Numbered from the stretch's first letter, positions 9,357 through 19,031 are shown. The stretch is DNA of 29,935 nucleotides from Lentisphaeria bacterium (GCA_041690595.1 JAWLHB010000032.1:62001-91935), one strand, 5' to 3'. Program-made: numbers and translations. Notes: generated from the letters alone by a model not told the origin.

Positions 9357-11639
9357 ATGCGAATCATCCATGCATCCCTTCGCGCCGTTCTGGGAATTAT
9401 GCTCCTCGGCCTGGCTGGCGCCGTCGGCGTGACCAGCGGTCAGGATCTCCCTGGCATCCAGGAAAAGATTGCGGAGCTCCCGCGGCTGAACTGGCAGCAG
9501 CGCTCGGACTGGATGAACGTGAAGGAGTTCGGGGCGGTCGGCGACGGCATTGCCGACGATACGGCGGCGATACAGAGCGTCTACGATAAACTCATGGCGA
9601 GAAGCCTGTCGCGCGTGGTCTATTTTCCGCCGGGGGTTTACCGGATCACGGAGACGCTGACGATTGGGAATGACACGTCGGGTATCGCCATCGTGGGGCA
9701 TGGCCGCGACACGGTTCTGGCGTGGGATGGTGAAGAGGGAGGCACCATGTACTGGAGCAATGGGGTCCATCGCTCGCGCTGGGAAGGGATAACGTATGAC
9801 GGACGCGGCAAGGCGGGCATCGGCTCCGAGCATCGATCGATGGCCCGGTACGAGACGCACATCATCTATCAGCACTGCGCCTTTATCAACCTCGAGTATG
9901 GTGTGGCGGTCAGCAAGAACCCGCGCCAGGCGGCCGCCGCGGAAGTCTGGTACAACAACGTACTCTTCAAGAACAACGGTACGGGAGTCCTGCTGAACCT
10001 GTTCAATGACTACGATCACTGGTTCACCGGTTGCGTCTTTGTCGACAACGGCATTGGTCTACACAGCAACATCGGCCATTTCAACATTTACAACAGCCAC
10101 TTCATCCGGAGCCGTGATGTCGATGTGCGGATGGGCAATCCCGTGCATCCCCCCGCGATCCGCTGGTGCACCTCGACGGGTTCGAACCGCTTCTATGATT
10201 CCGCCCACGCGCGTCACACGCAGCCGATAGCGTTCCAGAACATCCGGGTCGATGGGTGGACGGCAACCGACGGAGCGATCCGTCTCGGCAGGCGCGGCCC
10301 CAACCTCATCTTCGACATGATCTTCGTCAATCCACCGAATGAGGAGCCGCCGATCCGGCTGACTAACTCGCGCTCGATCGAGCCGTGGACGGAGCAGCTC
10401 GTGGTGCACTCGAACAACGTCGCGGCGGCGTCCAGCTCGTTGATCGATCCGGGCGCCTTTTCGCGGATTACGGAGATACCCGGCGGCAAGGTGCCCCTCG
10501 TCGTCACAACGGGCGATGAATGGTTCTTTCAGCATACGGTCGATGTTTCTGGACGGGTCTTCGACGCCAAGGTGGATTTCGGCGCGAAAGGCAATGGAGT
10601 CAGCGACGATACCGTGGCGATTCAGCAGACGATCGACGCAGCAAGAGAGCATGGCCAGGGTGCGGTTGCCTACCTCCCGCGGGGCACATACCGGGTCACC
10701 GATACCCTTGCCCTGCACGGAGAAGCGTATTCGCTGGAGAGCACCGGCTTCAGTTCGTCGCTGAAGTGGGATGGCGCCGACGACGGGCTGATGATCGCGG
10801 TCACCGATCCCCAGAGTCTCGCCATCGAGCATCTGCAAATGGATTGTCCAGATACGGTGACGCGGATCCGCCAGACTGGCAGCGGGGCTTCGTCGATCTA
10901 CTACAACAACCTGCACCTGAGCGGCGTCTACACGAAGTCGCCCGGCATCGAGTTGTTTGAACTGCCGGCGGATGCGAAGGTGCGCATGGGGCTGATTGGC
11001 GGCTATGTCCGGGCGGTGGACAGCGGTCCCGCCACCATCCTGGGCACCATTCATCTCGGCAGGCTCGAAACCGAAGGGGCCGGGCGGGCCAAGAGCGGCT
11101 TCCTCGGGTTCATCTACCACAACACGGCGATTCACGACTATGTTGTCGTCGTCAAGGACAATCAGGATCTGGTGATCGGGGATCTCTACAATGAGTCCAA
11201 CGATCGCTTTCTGCTGGCGGAAGGGGGTGCACGGTCAGGTCCGGGACGCATCACCATCGGCGCCTCGAAAATCAGCACGCATCTGCCGGATACCCTGACG
11301 ATCGATAACTACGAGGGGCGAATCTGGATCAGCACCGGGAGCTGGCAGTGCCAGAAGGATACAACCGGCACGCCCATGGAGCTTCGCCATCGGGGTGACC
11401 GTCCGGTCGACCTGCTGCTTGTCGGCAACGCGTTCAACCATCTGGATCCCATCTACAGTTTCGCGCCGAGCCTGCGTCCGATCCTGATCGAGAATGCCCT
11501 GTGGGCGTATGAGAAGGCGCGGACGTACGACAACCAGATCCCGGATGGGGGAATGGAAGCCGCGATACTCGCGCTCGACGACTTCCGCCAGCTCGGCCTC
11601 GTCAACCAGATGCTGAATTACCAGCCATCGTCCAAGTAG
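9357..11639 (+). CDS. Secreted double beta-helix glycan-processing enzyme (Pectate_lyase_3 / GH55-like), copy 1
   Basis: Signal peptide plus two beta-helix cap motifs: NVKEFGAVGDGIADDTAAIQ...YFPPGVY and DFGAKGNGVSDDTVAIQ...YLPRGTY. Confidence 0.85.
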   Translation: MRIIHASLRAVLGIMLLGLAGAVGVTSGQDLPGIQEKIAELPRLNWQQRSDWMNVKEFGAVGDGIADDTAAIQSVYDKLMARSLSRVVYFPPGVYRITETLTIGNDTSGIAIVGHGRDTVLAWDGEEGGTMYWSNGVHRSRWEGITYDGRGKAGIGSEHRSMARYETHIIYQHCAFINLEYGVAVSKNPRQAAAAEVWYNNVLFKNNGTGVLLNLFNDYDHWFTGCVFVDNGIGLHSNIGHFNIYNSHFIRSRDVDVRMGNPVHPPAIRWCTSTGSNRFYDSAHARHTQPIAFQNIRVDGWTATDGAIRLGRRGPNLIFDMIFVNPPNEEPPIRLTNSRSIEPWTEQLVVHSNNVAAASSSLIDPGAFSRITEIPGGKVPLVVTTGDEWFFQHTVDVSGRVFDAKVDFGAKGNGVSDDTVAIQQTIDAAREHGQGAVAYLPRGTYRVTDTLALHGEAYSLESTGFSSSLKWDGADDGLMIAVTDPQSLAIEHLQMDCPDTVTRIRQTGSGASSIYYNNLHLSGVYTKSPGIELFELPADAKVRMGLIGGYVRAVDSGPATILGTIHLGRLETEGAGRAKSGFLGFIYHNTAIHDYVVVVKDNQDLVIGDLYNESNDRFLLAEGGARSGPGRITIGASKISTHLPDTLTIDNYEGRIWISTGSWQCQKDTTGTPMELRHRGDRPVDLLLVGNAFNHLDPIYSFAPSLRPILIENALWAYEKARTYDNQIPDGGMEAAILALDDFRQLGLVNQMLNYQPSSK

Positions 11640-11668
11640 AATCACAACAGCTCACCATAGGAAAGCTC

Positions 11669-14011
11669 ATGCGAATCATCCATGCATCTCTTCGTGCCGT
11701 CTTGGGAATCATTCTTCTTGGCCTGGCCGGCGCGGGCTGTGCGACCAGCGCTCCTTACGCTCCCGGGATTCAGGAGAAGATAGCGGAGATCCCGCGTCTG
11801 GACTGGCAGCAACGCTCCGACTGGATGAACGTGAAGGAGTTCGGGGCGGTCGGCGACGGTATCGCTGACGATACGGCGGCGATACAGAGCGTCTACGACA
11901 AGATCATGGCGGATAGCGAGGCGAGGCGCGCCGCAAACGATCCGGAGGCAAGTCCGAACGCCATCATGCCGGAAAGACCGTCGCGTGTCGCCTATTTCCC
12001 TCCGGGGGTTTATCGGATCACGGAGACACTGACGATCGGGCACGATACGTCGGGCTTCGTGATCGTGGGCCATGGCCGCGACACGGTTCTGGCGTGGGAT
12101 GGGGAAGAGGGTGGTACCATGTTCTGGAGCAACGGGGTTCATCGCTCGCGCTGGGAAGGGATAACGTATGACGGACGCGGCAAGGCGGGCATTGGCTCCG
12201 AACATCGCTCGATGGCCCGGTACGAGTCTCATATCATCTACCAGCACTGCGCCTTCCTCAACCTCGAGTATGGCGTGGCGGTTAGCAAGAACCCGCGCAA
12301 GGCGGCGGCCGCGGAAGTCTGGTACAACAATGTTCTCTTCAAGAACAATGGTACGGGGGTCCTGCTGAACCAGTTCAACGACTACGATCACTGGTTTACC
12401 GGCTGCGTCTTCATCGACAACGGCATTGGGCTTCACAGCAACATCGGTCATTTCAACATCTACAACAGCCACTTCATCCGTAGCCGTGAAGTCGATGTCC
12501 GGATGGGCAATCCGGTGCATCCCCCGTCGATCCGGTGGTGTACCTCGACCGGGTCGCACCGCTTCTACGATTCCGCCGGCGCGCGCCACACGCAGCCGAT
12601 TGCTTTCCAAAACAACCGGGTCGATGGGTGGACGGCAACGGACGGCGCGATTCGTCTCGCCAGGCGCGGGCCCAACCTCATCTTCGACATGATCTTCGTC
12701 AATCCACCGAATGAGGAACCGCCGATCCGGCTGACCAATTCGCGCTCGATCGAGCCGTGGACGGAGCAGCTCACGGTGCATTCGAACAACATCGCGGAGT
12801 CGTCCAGCGCGGTGATCGACCCGGGCCCCTTTTCGCGGATCACGGAGATACCGGGAGGCAAGGTGCCCCTCGTCGTCACCACGGGCGATGAATGGTTCTT
12901 CCAGCATGCGGTGGATGTCTCTGGTAAGATCTTCGACGCCAAGGTGGATTTTGGCGCGAAGGGTGACGGTACCAGCGACGACACCGTCGCGATTCAGCGG
13001 ACGATCGATGCGGCGAGAAAGCATGGCCGCGGCGCGGTGGCGTATCTTCCGAGCGGCACGTACAGAATCACCGAAACCCTCAAGGTGCGTGGAAAAGAGT
13101 ACTCGCTGGAGAGCACGGGCTTCAACTCAACGCTCAAGTGGGATGGCCCCGCTGACGGGCTGATGATCGCGGTCACCAATCCCCGGAGCCTCGCCATCGA
13201 GCATCTGCAGATGGATTGTCCAGACACGGTGACGCGAATCCGCCAGAGCGGCAGCAGGGCTTCGTCGATCTACTACAACAACCTGCACCTGAGTTCGGTT
13301 TACACGAAGGCGCCCGGCATCGAGTTGTTTGAACTGCCGGCGGAAGCGAAGGTGCGCATGGGATTCATTGCAGGCTATGTCCGGGCGGTGGACAGCGGTC
13401 CGGCCATGATCCTCGGCACCATTCATCTCGGCAGGCTCGAAACGGAGGGGGCCAAACGGCCCAAGAGCGGCATTTTCGGGTTCATCTACCACAACACAGC
13501 CATCCACGACTATGTTGTCGTCGTCAAGGACAATCAGGATCTGGTCATTGGGGATCTCTACAATGAGTCCAACGATCGCTTTCTGCTGGCGGAAGGAGGC
13601 GCACGATCCGGTCCGGGACGCATCACCATTGGCGCCTCAAAGATCAGCACACATCTGCCGGATGCCGTAATGATCGACAACTACGAGGGGCGCATCTGGA
13701 TCAGCAACGGGAGCTGGCAATGCCAGAAGGACACAACCGGCACGCCTATGGAGCTTCGCCATCAGGGTGACCGTCCGGTCGACCTGCTGCTCGTCGGCAA
13801 CGCCTTCAACCATCTCGACCCCATCTACAGTTTCGCGCCGAGCCTGCGTCCGATCCTGATCGAGAATGCCCTGTGGGCGAATAAGAAGGCGCGGTCTTAC
13901 GACAACCAGATCCCGGCTGGGGGAATGGAAGCCGCGGTGCTCGCGCTCGACGACTTCCGCCAGCTCGGCCTCGTCAACCAGATGCTCAACTACCAGCCCC
14001 AGTCCAGGTAG
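11669..14011 (+). CDS. Double beta-helix glycan-processing enzyme (Pectate_lyase_3 / GH55-like), copy 2, possible lipoprotein
   Basis: Collinear and nearly identical to 9357..11639, with a net 20-aa insertion. Signal region ends LAGAGC. Confidence 0.85.
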   Translation: MRIIHASLRAVLGIILLGLAGAGCATSAPYAPGIQEKIAEIPRLDWQQRSDWMNVKEFGAVGDGIADDTAAIQSVYDKIMADSEARRAANDPEASPNAIMPERPSRVAYFPPGVYRITETLTIGHDTSGFVIVGHGRDTVLAWDGEEGGTMFWSNGVHRSRWEGITYDGRGKAGIGSEHRSMARYESHIIYQHCAFLNLEYGVAVSKNPRKAAAAEVWYNNVLFKNNGTGVLLNQFNDYDHWFTGCVFIDNGIGLHSNIGHFNIYNSHFIRSREVDVRMGNPVHPPSIRWCTSTGSHRFYDSAGARHTQPIAFQNNRVDGWTATDGAIRLARRGPNLIFDMIFVNPPNEEPPIRLTNSRSIEPWTEQLTVHSNNIAESSSAVIDPGPFSRITEIPGGKVPLVVTTGDEWFFQHAVDVSGKIFDAKVDFGAKGDGTSDDTVAIQRTIDAARKHGRGAVAYLPSGTYRITETLKVRGKEYSLESTGFNSTLKWDGPADGLMIAVTNPRSLAIEHLQMDCPDTVTRIRQSGSRASSIYYNNLHLSSVYTKAPGIELFELPAEAKVRMGFIAGYVRAVDSGPAMILGTIHLGRLETEGAKRPKSGIFGFIYHNTAIHDYVVVVKDNQDLVIGDLYNESNDRFLLAEGGARSGPGRITIGASKISTHLPDAVMIDNYEGRIWISNGSWQCQKDTTGTPMELRHQGDRPVDLLLVGNAFNHLDPIYSFAPSLRPILIENALWANKKARSYDNQIPAGGMEAAVLALDDFRQLGLVNQMLNYQPQSR

Positions 14012-14029
14012 AACGAAGGAGAACCGACC

Positions 14030-15355
14030 ATGCGGCACCATCCCATGATTGCGGCAGCGCTGCTGATCATCACCATGGCCGCGTCGGCGGAGCGCAGCGC
14101 CGAAGAGTGGTACAACCTGGGCAAGTTCTATCTGGAGGCTCGCCGGCAACCGGCCCAGGCCGCGGAGTACCTGCGGAAGGCGGCCTCTGCGCCGGACGTC
14201 GCGGAGACGACCAAGGCCAGGGCCATCTTCCTGCTGGCCCAGGCGCAGTTGCGCCGGCATGCCTTCGCCGAGGCGAGCGAGAACCTCAAGGCGCTTGAAA
14301 CGCTCTTCGAGGGGCGCATGGCGCAGCTCGACTCGATCCTGGACGAGCCCAAGCCAAACCGGGAAGCAGAGGCCAGTCGCGCCGTCAAGCAGAAGCTGAA
14401 TTCGCTCATCATTCCTGACTTTGCGTTCGACGATGCCCCGGTGCAGGAGGTGGTGGAGTTTCTGCGGGAGCGGATGCGGGCACTGGGCACCGACGAGCAG
14501 CAGGTTGAGCTTATTCTTCGCCTGAACGAGGGGGAAGGGCAACCGCCCCCGCGCGTGAGCATCGACATGGTGAGGGTGCCGCTCCTGGACTGCCTGAAGT
14601 ATGCCTGCCTTTCCGCTGATTTGCGGCTGCATTTCACCTCTCAGGGGGCCGTCATCGCGCATCCTTCCATCGCGCTGACGCCGGTGGAGACGCGCACCTA
14701 CACGGTAAGGAGCAGCTTTGTGCAATGGGCTGAAGCGGAAGCAGGGCTCGAGGTGGAACCCGACGAGGGGCAGCCGGCCACCAGTGCGGAGGCCATACGT
14801 CGCCTGCTGACGCGGGCGGGGGTCCACTGGACCAGCGAGTCAAGCGTGGTTCATGACGCTCGTAGCGGCAAACTTGTCATCACGGCCACCAGCGAGGAGC
14901 TGGAGAGCATCGAAGCGTTCCTGCGGCAGATCGACCCGGAGATTGCGCAAGTGATGATATCGGTGAGCATGGTCGAGATCACGGATAGGGATTACCTGAA
15001 GGATCTGCCCGGAACGAAACTGACGCTCGACCTGATGGAGCAGATTCCGCTCGGTAAGCGGGCCGTTCACGCCTCACTCAGTGGCATCGTTCTGTCGGGC
15101 ATCACCATGTCGGTCGAGTCGACGGATGGTGCCTCACTGCTCGCCACACCCACCGTCAACGAGGGCAGGATCCAACTTGCACTTGAGACGACGATGCCGA
15201 CTACCGACGGCGCCTATACGCTCCAAACCCTTCTCGTCCTGAGTGACGGCAGCGCGGTTCTGCTGCCCCTGCAATCGCCCGAGAGCGGCTTTCTGATGGT
15301 CGTGGAGGCGAATCTGCTGAACGCCTCGGGTCAGAAGCTTCGCGTTGGAGAGTAG
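14030..15355 (+). CDS. Secretin-like protein (TPR-like N-terminus, STN/N0-like and N3-like domains, shortened beta-rich C-terminus)
   Basis: Signal peptide; KLNSLIIPDFAFDDAPVQEVVEFLR...RVSIDMVRVPLLDCLKY; ETRTYTV; SGKLVITATSEELESIEAFL...QVMISVSMVEI. These resemble the N-domains and barrel entry of PVC-type secretins. RBS AAGGAG. Confidence 0.65.
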   Translation: MRHHPMIAAALLIITMAASAERSAEEWYNLGKFYLEARRQPAQAAEYLRKAASAPDVAETTKARAIFLLAQAQLRRHAFAEASENLKALETLFEGRMAQLDSILDEPKPNREAEASRAVKQKLNSLIIPDFAFDDAPVQEVVEFLRERMRALGTDEQQVELILRLNEGEGQPPPRVSIDMVRVPLLDCLKYACLSADLRLHFTSQGAVIAHPSIALTPVETRTYTVRSSFVQWAEAEAGLEVEPDEGQPATSAEAIRRLLTRAGVHWTSESSVVHDARSGKLVITATSEELESIEAFLRQIDPEIAQVMISVSMVEITDRDYLKDLPGTKLTLDLMEQIPLGKRAVHASLSGIVLSGITMSVESTDGASLLATPTVNEGRIQLALETTMPTTDGAYTLQTLLVLSDGSAVLLPLQSPESGFLMVVEANLLNASGQKLRVGE

Positions 15356-15356
15356 G

Positions 15357-16463
15357 ATGAAGGCGCTACTTCTTGCAGTCCTTTTGGCTTGTGTGCCGGC
15401 GCTTCAGGCGCAGGATGTCGATCTGGAGGAGCGGGCAGCACGGCTGCGTCATCTGGCGGATAGCACGACGGACGTCACCCTGAAGGCTGAGGCGCTCTAT
15501 CGCCTGGCGACGCTGCACCTGGATCGGGCGGATGTGGCAGGCAGTCGCGCCATCCTGGAGGAGCTGGCGCAACTGCGCGCGGCTGAAAGCGATTGGCGGA
15601 TCGGGTTGTCGGGGAGAGTCCTCGACGCTGAGGAAGCGGATGAGGCCTTTGGGCACATCAACACCATGAAGATTCCAAGAATTTCCATGGACGACCTTCC
15701 CGTTTCTCAAGCGTTTGCACATTTGCGACAGCTTGCTCGGGAACAAGATCCAGATTTTCATCTGAATCTCCTCCTGCTCATGCCGCCGACGACGGTGGAA
15801 GATGCCCTTGAACCACGAATAACCCTGGACATGGACAACATCCCGCTCAATGACGCGATTCGCCATATCTCGCATAGTGCCGGCCTCAACTGCCGTTGGG
15901 AAGAACATGCAGTGCTGGTGGCGGATACGAGCATACCGATCGAGCCGCTGGAGAACGTCTTGCTCCCAGCCGATCCCGGGTTAGCGGACATGCCGGATTT
16001 CTTTCTGAAGCCGGAGGGTTCGCCCGAAGGCGCTACTGCCTTTTACGTGCCGCACCGATCGGCATTCCTCCTGCGCAACACTCCTGCAAACCTCAAGAAG
16101 ATCCTGGGCAACATTCGCTTTATCAGGATTCAACATCACAGCATTCTGCTGGTCTGTGATGTCGTGACGCCGGACCTGGACGCGGAGAGGCGACTCTCGG
16201 TGACGAGTGTGGATCAGGTCGGCGTTGTCTGCTCTGGAAACTACTGTCGTGGGAGGAAGCTGACGGCGGCGATTGTCGATCGGCATGCGAATCATGTGCA
16301 GGTCGAGGTCGAGCTATTCATGCCGGAATTCCCCGCAGCTCCTTTCACCGGGAGCATCGAGGCGAGGGATGGCCAGCTCATCCGGCTGACGCTGATGCGG
16401 GAAGGCGATCCGGCTACGCTTGACGTTGTCATCGGCACCTACCTGTTCCCCGGGGATCCATGA
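15357..16463 (+). CDS. Second, more divergent secretin-N-domain-like protein
   Basis: Signal peptide MKALLLAVLLACVPALQA; KIPRISMDDLPVSQAFAHLR...RITLDMDNIPLNDAIRHI; AFLLRNTPANLKKI. Starts 1 bp after the previous stop. Confidence 0.55.
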   Translation: MKALLLAVLLACVPALQAQDVDLEERAARLRHLADSTTDVTLKAEALYRLATLHLDRADVAGSRAILEELAQLRAAESDWRIGLSGRVLDAEEADEAFGHINTMKIPRISMDDLPVSQAFAHLRQLAREQDPDFHLNLLLLMPPTTVEDALEPRITLDMDNIPLNDAIRHISHSAGLNCRWEEHAVLVADTSIPIEPLENVLLPADPGLADMPDFFLKPEGSPEGATAFYVPHRSAFLLRNTPANLKKILGNIRFIRIQHHSILLVCDVVTPDLDAERRLSVTSVDQVGVVCSGNYCRGRKLTAAIVDRHANHVQVEVELFMPEFPAAPFTGSIEARDGQLIRLTLMREGDPATLDVVIGTYLFPGDP

Positions 16464-17149
16464 GCGAGTTGGTTCCAGAAAACTGCCCCCTTTGCCTGAC
16501 GACGGGGCCTCGCGAGTTCCATCAGGATGGGCGGCGCACCTACTGGCGCTGTGCATGCTGCGAGCTGGTCTTTGTACCGCCCGCCTATCATCTGAGCCTG
16601 GCGGCGGAGAAGGCTGAATACGATCTGCATGAGAACAGGGTCGACGATCCGCGCTACCGCGCCTTTCTCTCGCGTGTTGCCGATCCGCTGCTCGCGATGC
16701 TGCCACCCCACTCCCACGGGCTCGACTTTGGCTGCGGCCCCGGACCGGCACTGGCCGCCATGCTCCGGGAAGCCGGGCATGCGGTAGAACTCTATGATCC
16801 CTTCTTCGCCCCCGACGAGGAGCCGCTGCGGCGGCGTCACGCCTTCATCACCGCGACTGAAGTTGTCGAACACCTGCGCCAGCCTCGGGAGAGCCTGGAC
16901 GGGCTCTGGTCGATTCTCGAACCGGAGGGGCAGCTGGCGATCATGACCCGTCTCGCCCGGAGCGCGGAGGCGTTTGCGAGCTGGCATTATATCCGGGATC
17001 CCAGCCACATCGCCTTCTACAGCCGGGCCACCTTCCGCTGGCTGGCCAAGCACTGGAATGGCTCGCTGACCTTCCTGGAGAACGATGTGATGATGTTTAA
17101 AAAGCCCCCCACGGGCACCCGACCTGTACCCGCGCCCTCTTCCCTTTAA
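16460..17149 (+). CDS. Class I SAM-dependent methyltransferase with N-terminal CxxC...CxxC zinc ribbon
   Basis: Motifs CPLC...CACC, LDFGCGPGP, TEVVEHL and WHYIRDPSHIAFY. ATGA overlap with the upstream gene. Confidence 0.9.
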   Translation: MSELVPENCPLCLTTGPREFHQDGRRTYWRCACCELVFVPPAYHLSLAAEKAEYDLHENRVDDPRYRAFLSRVADPLLAMLPPHSHGLDFGCGPGPALAAMLREAGHAVELYDPFFAPDEEPLRRRHAFITATEVVEHLRQPRESLDGLWSILEPEGQLAIMTRLARSAEAFASWHYIRDPSHIAFYSRATFRWLAKHWNGSLTFLENDVMMFKKPPTGTRPVPAPSSL

Positions 17150-17163
17150 GGGCATATGCCACT

Positions 17164-18003
17164 TCAGATTCTGAAGCGACGGAAGGCGGCAAGCGATATG
17201 CAGTAGGCACCGTAGGCGATGAGCCCGAGTGCCACCACGGCGAGGAGCCAGGTTCCGTAGGGCTGCTCGGCAAGTGATTGCAGGGCGCCGCCAAGGCCGC
17301 GTGCCTCATTGGGATCGACCTGTACTGCCGCAATGACGAGGAAGCCCCCGATGATGCCGAAGGTCACGCCACGCGCACTGAGGCCCAAGCGGGCAAGGCG
17401 GCGAAGCCAGCTCTGCTCTTGCGCCGACATGGCGCGCGTATCGTAGTCCCTCATGAAGGAGGCCGTATAGGCCTTGACCAGTTGATAGACGCCAATGCCG
17501 ACAATAATCAGGCCGAGACCTGCCACCAGCCACCTGCCGAAAGGCTGGGACATCAACTGGGCCGTCCGTTCCTGTTCGCTGGCGCCGCCCCCGCCTCGAC
17601 CGATTCCCCAGGCAATGGATGCGGCCAGCGCGGCCAGTGCCAGGTAGGACAGGGCGCTGATCGCATAGCCAATGCGTATCGCCATGCCTTTTCCGTCGCT
17701 CCCCTGGTGCTCGGTATCCTTCACGGCCTGGACGATTCGCCATGCGCAGTAGGCGAGCAGGCCGATGGCCGTCAGTGTCAGCAACCACTGTCCGAAAGGC
17801 TGAGTGCCGATTTCACGAATCGCCCCTTCGGAACCGGTGGTGGCCGTAGTTCCGAATGCGGCTTTCAGGGCGATCAAGCCAATCATGGCATAGACGACCC
17901 CCTTGGCGACATAGCCAACGCGAGCCATCCATTCGAGACTGTTGGCGCTTCCGCTTTCGCCGGCATGATACTGTTCCGCGGGTATGGACTGGTGGGTTGC
18001 CAT
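17164..18003 (-). CDS. DUF1206 family membrane protein
   Basis: Repeated ARVGYVAKGVVY / ARLGLSARGVTF and three QP(F/Y)GxWL motifs between hydrophobic helices. RBS AGGAG. Confidence 0.9.
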   Translation of the reverse strand: MATHQSIPAEQYHAGESGSANSLEWMARVGYVAKGVVYAMIGLIALKAAFGTTATTGSEGAIREIGTQPFGQWLLTLTAIGLLAYCAWRIVQAVKDTEHQGSDGKGMAIRIGYAISALSYLALAALAASIAWGIGRGGGGASEQERTAQLMSQPFGRWLVAGLGLIIVGIGVYQLVKAYTASFMRDYDTRAMSAQEQSWLRRLARLGLSARGVTFGIIGGFLVIAAVQVDPNEARGLGGALQSLAEQPYGTWLLAVVALGLIAYGAYCISLAAFRRFRI

Positions 18004-18130
18004 GGGTATCCTCTCCTGATAGGTTCATCACATTCTGTCATCATTGCTGACGAGGGGTGTCCTGCGTTCTGGACGATTTCTGGCGCATCGAGATCCCCGC
18101 GGCATTCAACTCGCCTGTCAGCCAGCATAT

Positions 18131-18146
18131 AGCATTTGCTTTGCCA
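18131..18146 (-). promoter_or_regulatory. Putative sigma54 promoter for the DUF1206 gene
   Basis: Minus strand TGGCAAAGCAAATGCT has exact GG-N10-GC spacing, about 128 bp upstream of ATG 18003. Confidence 0.5.
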
Positions 18147-18275
18147 TATCGCCGGGGGGTGGAACCGTATCTGCTGTTGATCCTTGCGGATTTGAGTTGA
18201 CGTAAAGTCGTGGGGCGGTTATTCTGAGGCGGTGACAGTCGGCAGATCAATCACAGCAGGCGGGGAGGTGGTACG

Positions 18276-19031
18276 GTGAAGCTGGTGTATCTGATTGGGG
18301 TGGTGGCGGTGGCGCTTTGTGTCGGGGCGGGTGAAGAGGCGCCGATGCGCTTTGTACCGGCAACGGTGGAGTTGGGGAAGCTATCCGGCGAGGAGGTGCT
18401 CAAGCGCGAGGTGAAGCTGGAAGCTGGAGAGGATGCCATGGTGCTGCGCCTGATGAGTTCATGCTCGTGCATCACCGTGCGGACTACGAACGAGCTGCCG
18501 CTGGAGGTGGCCGCCGGTGAACATCTGGTGGTGACGATGGAGATCGACCCCAGCAGCTACGCGGGGAGCTTCAACAAGATCCTCTACGCTCAGGTGCGGG
18601 CGCGGGAGGCCGCGGCGTCCAAGCTGGTGCGGCTGGTCGTCAGGGGCGAGATAGAGGACGACTGGGGAGCCGAGGACGAAGGGGAAGGCGCGGTCGAGGT
18701 GCAGCCGGAAGGGGCAGCCGCGGAGGCGGAAGCAGAACCGACGGTTGAGGCGACCGGCGAAAGGCTTGTCCTTTTTTTGTCGCCGGAGTGCGACCGCTGC
18801 AACTGGGTGAAGCTGATGTGGCTGCCCGGCTTCAGCAAGGCGCATCCGGAGATCCTGGTGGAGCAGGTGGATGTGACGACGGATGCGGGGGTGCGCCGAT
18901 TGCTCGAGTTGGAGCAGGCGGCGGGAGTCACGGAGGCGGAGAAAGGGGATGCGCCGGCCGCCGGCTGGCGCGGCAGGATGTACTACGGCTCTCCTGCCAT
19001 CGAGAAAATTTCCGTGGCGACCCGGGATTAG
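18276..19031 (+). CDS. Exported DUF1573 (Ig-like) domain plus thioredoxin-like CxxC domain protein
   Basis: Signal peptide, SSCSCIT motif and GSFNKI, an acidic linker, then FLSPECDRC. RBS GGAGG. Confidence 0.65.
   Translation: MKLVYLIGVVAVALCVGAGEEAPMRFVPATVELGKLSGEEVLKREVKLEAGEDAMVLRLMSSCSCITVRTTNELPLEVAAGEHLVVTMEIDPSSYAGSFNKILYAQVRAREAAASKLVRLVVRGEIEDDWGAEDEGEGAVEVQPEGAAAEAEAEPTVEATGERLVLFLSPECDRCNWVKLMWLPGFSKAHPEILVEQVDVTTDAGVRRLLELEQAAGVTEAEKGDAPAAGWRGRMYYGSPAIEKISVATRD

Larger units (their letters stand above)
9345..14011 (+). repeat. Tandem gene duplication, about 2.3-kb unit including the RBS
   Basis: Both copies begin aggaaa(a)gctcATGCGAATCATCCATGCATC and share long identical DNA runs up to GTCAACCAGATGCT near the stop. 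Confidence 0.95.

Noticed and set aside
9357..14011. Diversity-generating retroelement or phase-variable cassette explaining the duplicates
   Set aside because: No reverse transcriptase or recombinase is nearby. Both copies are full length, and the differences are spread along the genes rather than confined to adenines in a short region.
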